Assembly: GCA_016720585.1 (NCBI GenBank)
Contig: JADKKH010000006.1
Span: 197,379 to 261,378, forward strand
Direction: 5' to 3'
Length of the DNA: 64,000 nt
DNA from: Chitinophagaceae bacterium
GTDB lineage: Bacteria; Bacteroidota; Bacteroidia; Chitinophagales; Chitinophagaceae
Below the pieces are notes generated by a model that worked only from the letters and a program-made list of their open reading frames with translations, did not search any database and was not told the DNA's origin. Numbering within the stretch: position 1 is the stretch's first letter; each line of letters starts with the position of its first letter. Made by a program: the position numbers and the translations under genes. Below are positions 55,910 to 64,000 of this stretch, piece by piece.

Positions 55910-58352
55910 TTAATTGTTTACCGGCGGATCTACGTTAAATATGGAATTGGCTTCTTCTTTTTTACGGACACCAAAGCTATACCGGAGATTAATACCGAAT
56001 CTCCGGGTGTCGGATTGCCTGAAACCCCGGGCATTGACAGATCCCTGGTTGAAGGTGAAATTATTTTTATTGGAGGCAAACATATCACTGAGACTCAGCG
56101 TTACAACCAGTTTTTCTTTCAAAAATTTTCTGTTGATGCTGGTGTTTAATGTACCAAAAGTTGACAGTTCGTAAAATTGTTGTTGTCCCTTCAGCCGGAT
56201 ATTCCCGTTTAAGGTTATAACAGAACGTTTATCAATCTTAAATGTCTGGTAAGTAAAGATGGTCCAGGTACCTTTCTTGAAAGAAAGCGGTTTGTATTCA
56301 TACGATCCCTGGTAGAAATTATGATTATACTGTGCGCCCAGCACAAAGAAGTACCTGCCACCGGGAGGTAAGGCCCCAAGTCCCCGAAAGTACCATTCCT
56401 TGTTTTTGCCCAGGTTGTCATAAGTACGGTAAGCCTGGCGCTGGCTGGTATCGGATTGGTAAATGACATTGGTAAAAATATCCCTGGTATCGTTTATCCC
56501 TATTGCTAAAATGGGTCTTTCATCCACACTTATATTGGCTTCATAATTCTGGTTGAATTGCGGGCGCAGGGCCGGATTACCTGTTTCAGAAAGATAGGGG
56601 TCAATATACCGGGGGAAAGGATTCAGTTGTTCATAAACCGGTCTGCTGATGGTACGGCGATACACGAGATAAGCCCGTAAATCATAACCGGCGATCTTCA
56701 TCAGATTCTTACTGAGATATATGTAAGGAAACAAATCCGTGCGATGAATATTAAAAAGTTGTGTCATCAGGAATGATTTGTCTGCCTTTCATGTTGGTAT
56801 TTTCCAGCCGTACACCCGTTTTAATGACAAAATCTTTTCCCAATGTCTGTGAACCCTGCAGGTACAGCGCATTGATGTTTTCAGTATAATTAAAAGAATT
56901 GGTCCGGCTTGGATCTTTAGCCCTTACGCCATCCGATTCACGGAAATAATTTGCTACATTTTTATACGTGTGAAGGGTTGTCCTTCCACCGGTCTCAAAA
57001 GTGAACTTATTTTTCAATTTCAGTTTCAGATCCGTTTTGGCGGAGAAGTAGTTTCTTTTATTGTCGGCGTTCCCATCACCGCCTGTTACCGGTTGAGAAG
57101 GGCTTAAAAAGGTAGTTACAAAAGATTGGTCAGAAGTATTATGCGCATAAAAATAAAAGACATTAGTGGACCATTCAGACCCCAGAGAATCAATTTTCAA
57201 TTTAGTTTCAATACCATTCCCAATAAGAAATGAGCTTCCTTTATTATTTACATGATTCAGATTATTGCTCAGCGTTTGTGAAGTGCTGATTTTTCTTATG
57301 ACACTCTGATTATCGGTGTTGTTATCAGATTTGTTCAGGTTTAGATGTCCGGAGAAGTCAACATTCCACTTTTCTCTTTTCGAAAAATTGATGCCATAAC
57401 CTGCAAAATAGGTTGAGGCCGGATAGGTTGTATACGCATGCTGACTCAGCATAGAATCCGGTGCAAAGATGCGGTCCGTAACAATTTTTTCATAATTGTT
57501 CCGCTTGTTGTAATTCAGATTGATGTAGGAGGTTTTTTTGCCGTTGTTGTTATTCAGGTTGAAACCAATAAACTGGTTGCCATAAGTGCCCTGCTGTAAA
57601 CCCGTATTTATACTTCCAGTGATGCCGATCTTAACACCCTTCTTTAAAATAACATTTACAATACCGCCACTGCTGGATGCATCATATTTTGCAGAAGGCG
57701 TTTTTATTATTTCAATTTTAGCAATGGCATTGGGTGGTAAATTTTGAGCATGGTGGCCACATCTGCCGCACTCATTTTCATATCCCGGCCATTGATCTGC
57801 ACCGTGGCGGGTGTAAGACTGCTGATATATATATTGCCATCCTGGTCCACAAATAAACCGGGTGTTTTTCAATGACCTCAAAGCCGCTGGTGGAGGCTTC
57901 TACCAGGTTTTCGGGATCCACGATCAATTTGTCATCTTCCTGTGTCATCAGGGGTTTTTTGGAAATGACCACCGCTGTTTCTAAAGTTTTGCCCTTTGGA
58001 TCGGCCGTATAGTTGAAAATTGTTTGTTTTCCCGATGTTGAAATTCCTTTTCTATGAGTTGATAATTCACCGAATTGATCCTGATCGTGTATTGATTATT
58101 TTTAATGAGGTTGAATGAAGCCATACCACTGCTGTCGGCCACTTTACTTATAGAAAGTGTGCTATCCATCCTGTTGATGAGTGTGACCGATGCAAAAGCC
58201 ACGGGTTCTTTTTTCTGGTTAACTATTTTAATGGTAACCGGAATTTCGGTCTGTCCAGACGGGACAGGTTGTGTATAGGCTTGATGCGTAAACGTAAAAA
58301 GAAGGGCAACAAAGAATGGTCTTGGAAGGATACGGAGCAGTTTTATGAACAT
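55910..58352 (-). pseudogene. Outer-membrane beta-barrel protein (CarboxypepD_reg N-domain + plug-like + barrel; TonB-dependent-receptor-like), at least 4 frameshifts
   Basis: Fragments 57981..58352 (signal plus VTIKIVNQKKEPVAFASVTL), 57778..57972, 56751..57881 (NLPPNAIAKIEIIKTPSAKYDASSSGGIVNV) and 55910..56767 are collinear. The breaks lie near 58040-58047, 57858-57862, the T4 at 57742-57745 and the A5 at 56753-56757. Confidence 0.75.
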
Positions 58353-58484
58353 GAGTATTCAGGTTAGTGGGAATTGACAAAAATAATAAAATAGGCGTGG
58401 GTAAAATGATTCAAATGGATGAACGGTTGATTTTAAAAATCTTTTAACCTTTGGAAAAACAGCTATTATCAGTAAGTTTAAAGC

Positions 58485-58995
58485 ATGAAAGGAGTTCTGT
58501 TTACGGTTACCATACAACGTTTTGAAAAGATGGGGGAAAAAACCGGCTGGACATATTTTGAAGTTCCCGCCGACCTGGCACAACAATTAAAACCGGAAAA
58601 TCGGAAAGAGTTTAAGGTTAAAGGCAAACTGGATGCTCATCCCATTAAAAGAGTGTCACTTTTTCCGATGGGAGGGGGGGAAATTTATTCTGGTACTGAA
58701 TGCGGCATTAAGAAAAGCAATCGGTAAGAGAATGGGTGCTATGCTCCAGGTTCACTTAGAAGCTGATAACAGTGCATTTATTTTCAATAAAGATTTTATG
58801 GAATGCCTGGCGGATGAACCCAAGGCCCAAATTTTTTTTCAAAGTTTACCCGGTTCGCACCAACGCTATTTCAGCAAATGGATTGATGATGCTAAGACGG
58901 AACCGACCAAAGTAAAAAGAATTGCCCTGGCAGTAAACGCCCTTGCCAAAAAATGGGGGTATCCGGAAATGTTACGTGCTTCTCAGGGAAAATAA
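58485..58995 (+). pseudogene. DUF1905 + YdeI/OmpD-associated family protein, split at a G7 tract
   Basis: ORFs 58485..58727 and 58633..58995 join as ..VSLFPMGGG|KFILVLNAALRKAIGK.. if the G7 run at 58674-58680 is shortened to G6. Confidence 0.7.
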
Positions 58996-60159
58996 TTACT
59001 TAAACGGATTTGAATACTTGACATCCGTAAGTATAGTCACATCAGTCAGTGTTTTCAGAAAAGCAACAAGAGCGGCTTTATCCGCAGCTGTTAAGTTTGC
59101 CAGCCTGGGTTGACCTCCGGGCAGGCGCAGTTGTGGTGACAGGTTGGGATGATTTTTTACCCCGGAACTGTAATGTTCAACAACCTGTTCCAACGTAGTA
59201 AATCGTCCGTCGTGCATATAAGGAGCTGTTAACTCCACATTGCGAAGAGTGGTTACTTTAAAAGTGGCATCAAGGTTTGTATTGTTAACTACTGAACCAA
59301 AGCCCCTGTCAATAGTTACCAGGTCAAGGCCATTATTTTTTTCCTGTGGCGCTGTAAATGTTTCTGAACCATGACAGGCTGCACAGGCATTTTGAGGTGT
59401 AAGAAAAATTTCCTTGCCTCTGTTTTCCTGTGCTGTAAAGTTGGGAAAATTTACATTGGGTGGTGGTGCAGGTGCTGCAGGAAATGTGGATCTGCCTGCA
59501 TCATATTTTGATTGAAAGGATACAATGGAACGAACATATTGAGAAAGCGCTAACGAAACCCTGTTGCTGGTAATGGTTGCATCACCAAAAGCTTTGGTAA
59601 AAAGGGAAGGATAATAAGCCAGGTTTTTAAGTTTTGTTTCTAATTGCGGCAAGGTCATTCCCATTTCTACAAGGTCCTGTATCGGGGCCAGTGTCTGGTC
59701 TTCCAGGGTTGCTGCCCGCTGATCCCAGAAAAAACGTCCATTGGGATAATACTTCGCATCAATTAATGACATCGAGTTTCTCCCGGTTAAACCACCATTA
59801 AAACCCAGGCTTTTTGCATCCGGGTCAGAAAAAGCATTGGCCTGTTTGTGACAGGAGGCACAGGCAATCGTATTGTTAATGGATAGGTTTTTATCATAAA
59901 ACAACACGCGTCCCAAAGTGGCGCCATTATCAGTGATCGGATTTCCGGGAGGTGTATTTATCTGTCCCAGGATGTTCGGGGCATTCAGGTAGGCCGGTTG
60001 GGTGATATTGGCATAATTGAATGGGGTGGCCGGTAAATTTAAAACAGCAGCAACCGGGTCAGGATTCGGGTTATTGTCCGCACTTTTTTTGCAGGCAATA
60101 AAAAGAAAAGTTGCGGAAATAGCTGAAATAATAAAAAAGCGGGGCTTCATCAAAATCAT
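58996..60159 (-). CDS. di-heme cytochrome c peroxidase (CCP/MauG family) lipoprotein
   Basis: Lipobox-like FLFIAC. Two heme motifs, CASCH and CAACH. Also the PYMHDGRF motif. Confidence 0.85.
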   Translation of the reverse strand: MILMKPRFFIISAISATFLFIACKKSADNNPNPDPVAAVLNLPATPFNYANITQPAYLNAPNILGQINTPPGNPITDNGATLGRVLFYDKNLSINNTIACASCHKQANAFSDPDAKSLGFNGGLTGRNSMSLIDAKYYPNGRFFWDQRAATLEDQTLAPIQDLVEMGMTLPQLETKLKNLAYYPSLFTKAFGDATITSNRVSLALSQYVRSIVSFQSKYDAGRSTFPAAPAPPPNVNFPNFTAQENRGKEIFLTPQNACAACHGSETFTAPQEKNNGLDLVTIDRGFGSVVNNTNLDATFKVTTLRNVELTAPYMHDGRFTTLEQVVEHYSSGVKNHPNLSPQLRLPGGQPRLANLTAADKAALVAFLKTLTDVTILTDVKYSNPFK

Positions 60160-60326
60160 ATCCGGGGTTTTAGTCGGGGCCTATGACAGGCCATTAAATA
60201 AAAGGTTTAAAATACCACTATTTTTTCAATTTCATACTGCCGGTAAATCAGGCGGTACTAGGAATGAGGCTTTGACGTCTGAAGAACTAAAAATCCTTCT
60301 CTGCAATTAATTCTTTTATTTGCAAT

Positions 60327-61820
60327 ATGATTTCTTCCATAAATGATTTCAAAAACCCTTTTTTTATCGGTGTAGCCGGGGTGGGTATGAGTGCTATTGC
60401 CCAATACCTGAAAGGGATCGGCAAAAATGTTTCTGGCAGCGACCGTTTTTTTACCCCCGGTGCATACAATGAAATAAAAGAAAAGCTGGAAACAGAAGGA
60501 ATTCATTGTTTTGTTCAGAACGGGGAAGGGATAACAGAAGAAACTGATCTGATTGTGGTTTCAACAGCTATAGAAGATACTGTTGCAGAAGTTCAGAAAG
60601 CAAAGCAACTTGCTATTCCTATAATAAAACGTTCGGAGCTTTTAGCACTGATGGCCGAGAGCAAAAGAACCATTGCCGTGGGTGGAACCAGTGGAAAAAG
60701 CACTACCAGTGCCATGCTGTTTGATATCCTGGAGCATGATGGTCTTCAACCAAGCATTATCAGCGGGGCAGGATTAATCAGCATTATCAAGCAAGGGAAA
60801 ATCGGCAATGCAAAAGTTGGAGCGGGGGAGTGGCTGGTCATTGAAGCTGATGAAAGCGATGGCTCCATTGTGCAATATCATCCGGAAGTGGGTTTGCTGC
60901 TGAATATTGATAAAGACCACCAGGAGATTGATGAATTGATGAAAGTGTTTGGTGTTTTCAAAAATAACAGCCGGTTTTTTGTGGTCAATCAATCACATGC
61001 ACTGGCCCGTCAACTTTCAAAAGATGTACAACAGGATTTTTCAACAAACCCGGATATTAATGCAGGGTATGTAGCTACGGATTTTCACCAGCAGGGATTA
61101 ACGATCAGTTTTAAGATACAGGGTGTTCCTTTCCAGTTAAATGTGGTTGGAAAACATAATATGGAAAATGCTGTTGCTGCTGTTACAATTGCCAATGGAA
61201 TCGGTGTGGGTCTTGAAACCTGTGCTGAGGCATTACGAACTTATGAGGGCATCTATCGCCGTCACCAGGTATATGGCAAAAAGAATGGCGTAGTGCTTAT
61301 TGATGATTATGCTCATAACCCGGTCAAATGTGCTGCTGCAATAGAGGCCTGTCAGCCCATTGCCCCAAAAGTAATTGCCTGGTTTCAACCTCATGGTTAT
61401 AAACCTACAAAATTTTTACGGGATGATTTTGTTAAAGAAATGGCCCGGGTCCTTCGGCCGGAGGACGAAATATGGATGAGTGAAATATTTTATGCCGGCG
61501 GAACCGCTGTTAAAGATATTTCTGCCAATGATTTGATCAATGATCTGAAAGTCCTGGGAAAGAATGCTTTTTTTGTGGAAGACAGAAATGATTTCCTGGC
61601 AAACGCCCGCCCGCATCTGACCGGAGATTGTGTGCTATTGCTCATGGCCGCCAGGATCCTTCCCTGGAACAATTTGCCGGCAAACCTGGCAGGATTTATA
61701 AAATCAATCAGGAAGCAAACTCCACAACATTTTCTTTGGTTACCGGCAGGAACATATACCAGCATAAGGCCATCAGCAAACCGGGATGGGATGTGTCCGA
61801 AAGGGTTTTATCTTTTGTAA
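60327..61820 (+). CDS. Mur ligase family protein (MurC/Mpl-like paralog); 3' end uncertain
   Basis: N-terminal FFIGVAGVGMSAIAQYL..GSD, P-loop GGTSGKSTTSAM, and DDYAHNP. The last ~40 codons look non-homologous and overlap the convergent ORF by 113 nt. Confidence 0.7.
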   Translation: MISSINDFKNPFFIGVAGVGMSAIAQYLKGIGKNVSGSDRFFTPGAYNEIKEKLETEGIHCFVQNGEGITEETDLIVVSTAIEDTVAEVQKAKQLAIPIIKRSELLALMAESKRTIAVGGTSGKSTTSAMLFDILEHDGLQPSIISGAGLISIIKQGKIGNAKVGAGEWLVIEADESDGSIVQYHPEVGLLLNIDKDHQEIDELMKVFGVFKNNSRFFVVNQSHALARQLSKDVQQDFSTNPDINAGYVATDFHQQGLTISFKIQGVPFQLNVVGKHNMENAVAAVTIANGIGVGLETCAEALRTYEGIYRRHQVYGKKNGVVLIDDYAHNPVKCAAAIEACQPIAPKVIAWFQPHGYKPTKFLRDDFVKEMARVLRPEDEIWMSEIFYAGGTAVKDISANDLINDLKVLGKNAFFVEDRNDFLANARPHLTGDCVLLLMAARILPWNNLPANLAGFIKSIRKQTPQHFLWLPAGTYTSIRPSANRDGMCPKGFYLL

Positions 61821-62199
61821 AACGTACGGCGGCTGTTCCCTCTTTGGCGGTAAGACCGCAGGTAACAAAAGGTTTGTCTTTTGATTCTTTATACAGCACT
61901 AATTCTGCCAGCGGGTTGTTGTGAGTTGTGTAAAAAAATTTTTCGTTATTTATGGTAATGAAATTCTCATTATTCTCCTGGCCCAATTCACCGATCCGGA
62001 TACCATACTCATTACAAAGAACCGTTTTGTTACGCCGGAATCCTTCTTTGCGGATCAGGAATACCCTTTTTTGTTTATCACATTCTACCCGGGCTGTATG
62101 AGAAAAAGGGTTTAAAGTCAATGTCAGGATTTTCTTATCATCCCTGATCAGGTGGTAGACTTCATTGCTGGAACTTGTTTCGGCTGATTCCCATCTCAT
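61708..62199 (-). CDS. hypothetical protein
   Basis: 163-aa ORF with no recognised motif. Its 3' end overlaps the Mur ligase ORF. Confidence 0.45.
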   Translation of the reverse strand: MRWESAETSSSNEVYHLIRDDKKILTLTLNPFSHTARVECDKQKRVFLIRKEGFRRNKTVLCNEYGIRIGELGQENNENFITINNEKFFYTTHNNPLAELVLYKESKDKPFVTCGLTAKEGTAAVRFTKDKTLSDTSHPGLLMALCWYMFLPVTKENVVEFAS

Positions 62200-62370
62200 G
62201 GCGTAAGGTTTTAGTGTTTGTAATTGGGTAGAAAATTACACGCGTTTAGCCCGGTAACAAGTGATTAACCTAAAATTAATATTAACTTCATATTGGAATG
62301 TCCCCGGTGAATAAACTGTGTCTAATCCGGCTTTTACCCACATTTTTACTTTATTTTTTAGCCTTTAATA

Positions 62371-62856
62371 ATGAATATGCAGAAAGAAAGAGACAATACA
62401 TACCTGGAACGGGCCATTGAATTATCAAAACAGGGAATGCAAAGCGGACTGGGAGGCCCATTTGGCTGTGTCGTGGTGTTAAATGACGAAATAATCGGGG
62501 AAGGAACAAATAAGGTAACTTCTTCCAATGATCCCACAGCCCATGCTGAAGTGGTCGCTATACGCATGGCCTGTAATAAGTTAGGAAGCTACCAGTTAAC
62601 CGGCTGTGAGATATATACCAGTTGTGAACCCTGCCCTATGTGTCTCGGCGCTATTTACTGGGCAAGGCCGAAAAGAGTTATATATGCCAATACAAAAGAA
62701 GAAGCAGCGGCGATAGAATTTGACGATCAATTCATCTATAAAGAGATCAGCACCGGGATGCGTGACAGGAAAATACCTTTTATTCATCATCCTCATCCGA
62801 AAGCCAAAGAAGTATTTGAGGCATGGAAAAACTGGGAAGGCAAAAAAAAATATTAA
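62371..62856 (+). CDS. nucleoside/guanine deaminase (CDA fold)
   Basis: Zinc motifs HAEVVAIR and CEPCPMC. The size and N-terminus (YLERAIELS) resemble GuaD/TadA-like deaminases. Confidence 0.8.
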   Translation: MNMQKERDNTYLERAIELSKQGMQSGLGGPFGCVVVLNDEIIGEGTNKVTSSNDPTAHAEVVAIRMACNKLGSYQLTGCEIYTSCEPCPMCLGAIYWARPKRVIYANTKEEAAAIEFDDQFIYKEISTGMRDRKIPFIHHPHPKAKEVFEAWKNWEGKKKY

Positions 62857-62962
62857 TCATTTTAAATTGGCTCAACAATACAATACTGTTGTATCAGTAC
62901 ATGACTTTATAAAACAGAAAAGGCCGGCATGCCGGACCTTTTCGTATGGTGGTAACTAGGAA

Positions 62963-64000
62963 TTATTGTATGGCCAACTGCTTTATTTCATTTAATCGAT
63001 CGCCGGTAAGCCTGATGGTATACACCCCGGGGGACAAATGATGATTAATAGTGATGGTATTAGCCCCACTGAATTGCTGTTGCAGTTGTAAGCTGCCTTT
63101 CATATCGTAAACGTTTATTTCAATAACGCCACGTATATCTTTCAGCAGCGTAATGTTAAAAGCGTTCCCGGTAGACGGGTTGGGATATACATCAAATGAA
63201 TTTTTGGTATCCGTAATATTTACCCGTTCAATTCTGGAATAGGACAATCTTGCATCAATATCCACTTGTTTTAACCGGTAAAATGAAACGCCTTTAAACG
63301 GAAGGTTATCATAAAAATTATAATCATGCAGACTGTTTGAATTGTTCATGCCGGGAATTGTTCCAATAGATAAAAAATTGATACCGTCTTTTGAACGTTG
63401 TACCTCAAAATGACTATTATCCCTTTCATAGGAAGTGGTCCAGGTGATTTTTACTTTACTGTTGTTTTCTGCAATGGCTTTAAAGCTTACCAAATTTACC
63501 GGTAAGGGACTGTTGGCAGGTGTGGTGAAAGTCCAAACCGGACCAGTGGTTGTACTTACACCATCTGACACTTCAACATACCATTCGTAATCAGTTAACT
63601 GTTCAAGGGATGGCCAGTTAATACAAGTTTGAGAACCCGAAGCAACATTGGTATTTGTGCCCAGAAGTGTAAAGGGCTGGGTCAGGTTTACAGGTAAAGT
63701 AAATTGACTTCCTGAACCTGTAAATGAGGTATTACTATAAGGCGAATAAGTTTTAACTGATAATAAATTCTGTGCAGGAAGAAACTGCATGATTCTCAGA
63801 TAACCGTTTCCGCCATTGGTATAGCCACTCTGGTAGTCGGCCATGAGGGTATGAATGGTATTACCGCCAAACACATCCGTTCTCCTGCCTTCACCAGCCA
63901 CATGTCCTGCTAACATAAGAATAAGATTAGGGTTATCTTTCAGGTCATCATATATTTTTTGACCAGGCCCCTGGAAGTTGGCTGGATTACTTGTGCCAAG
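62963..64000 (-). CDS. Secreted metallophosphoesterase-like protein with Fn3-like domain and T9SS C-terminal sorting domain (5' end outside window)
   Basis: The frame stays open upstream of the listed Met to the window edge (..NLILMLAGHVAGEG, a GH-type phosphoesterase motif). The C-terminal ~80 aa (FDVYPNPSTGNAFNI..GVYTIRL) match the Por/T9SS CTD pattern. Confidence 0.7.
   Translation of the reverse strand, partial: LGTSNPANFQGPGQKIYDDLKDNPNLILMLAGHVAGEGRRTDVFGGNTIHTLMADYQSGYTNGGNGYLRIMQFLPAQNLLSVKTYSPYSNTSFTGSGSQFTLPVNLTQPFTLLGTNTNVASGSQTCINWPSLEQLTDYEWYVEVSDGVSTTTGPVWTFTTPANSPLPVNLVSFKAIAENNSKVKITWTTSYERDNSHFEVQRSKDGINFLSIGTIPGMNNSNSLHDYNFYDNLPFKGVSFYRLKQVDIDARLSYSRIERVNITDTKNSFDVYPNPSTGNAFNITLLKDIRGVIEINVYDMKGSLQLQQQFSGANTITINHHLSPGVYTIRLTGDRLNEIKQLAIQ

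Noticed and set aside
60160-60326. ORFs 60017..60310, 60258..60506 and 60287..60469 around the divergent promoter region
   Set aside because: They are short, overlap each other and the confidently called flanking genes, and have no motifs.
1-64000. Mobile genetic element, prophage, defense island, rRNA/tRNA genes
   Set aside because: I found no transposase, integrase, recombinase, phage structural gene, restriction-modification, cas or toxin-antitoxin signatures. I recognised no tRNA cloverleaf or rRNA-like conserved stretches by eye. tRNAscan, Infernal and defense-finder runs would be needed to confirm this.

Overview
The window looks like ordinary chromosome from a Bacteroidota genome, probably Chitinophagia or Sphingobacteriia. 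Evidence for that placement: tandem DUF1573 genes, a DUF3857/transglutaminase gene pair, a fused E1 alpha/beta 2-oxoacid dehydrogenase, a T9SS-type C-terminal sorting domain, an RRM RNA-binding protein and no obvious Shine-Dalgarno sites. I support about 60 protein-coding genes. Housekeeping calls include gcvP, clpB, queG, folK, a deoxynucleoside kinase, YebC, an ABC-F ATPase, a Tat-signal Fe/Mn SOD, CspA-like and RRM proteins, and a di-heme cytochrome c peroxidase. There is also a run of five transporter genes at 10.5-17.4 kb. I saw no rRNA, tRNA, CRISPR array, cas gene, transposase, integrase or phage gene, and I found no convincing novel multi-gene system. Three things stand out. First, 41.9-59.0 kb holds a concentration of disrupted genes: two DUF3857/transglutaminase paralogs, a heavily degraded WD40+caspase gene, a DsbA-like gene, an outer-membrane beta-barrel gene and a YdeI-like gene. 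Nearly all the breaks sit at homopolymers, including a G8 tract directly after a signal peptide and a G7 tract, while the interspersed housekeeping genes are intact. Second, there are several families of short intergenic repeats that abut or overlap stop and start codons: AGTCRGG/AGTRGNN heptamer arrays beginning at the A of two TGA stops, a 36-nt duplicated element supplying the last codons of gcvP, AATCYGTG-type units, and a 12-bp perfect inverted-repeat element. Third, a decayed copy of the 3' end of a DUF4242 gene lies on the far side of a small CARDB-like gene. All family assignments come from motif recognition by eye; no database search was run.
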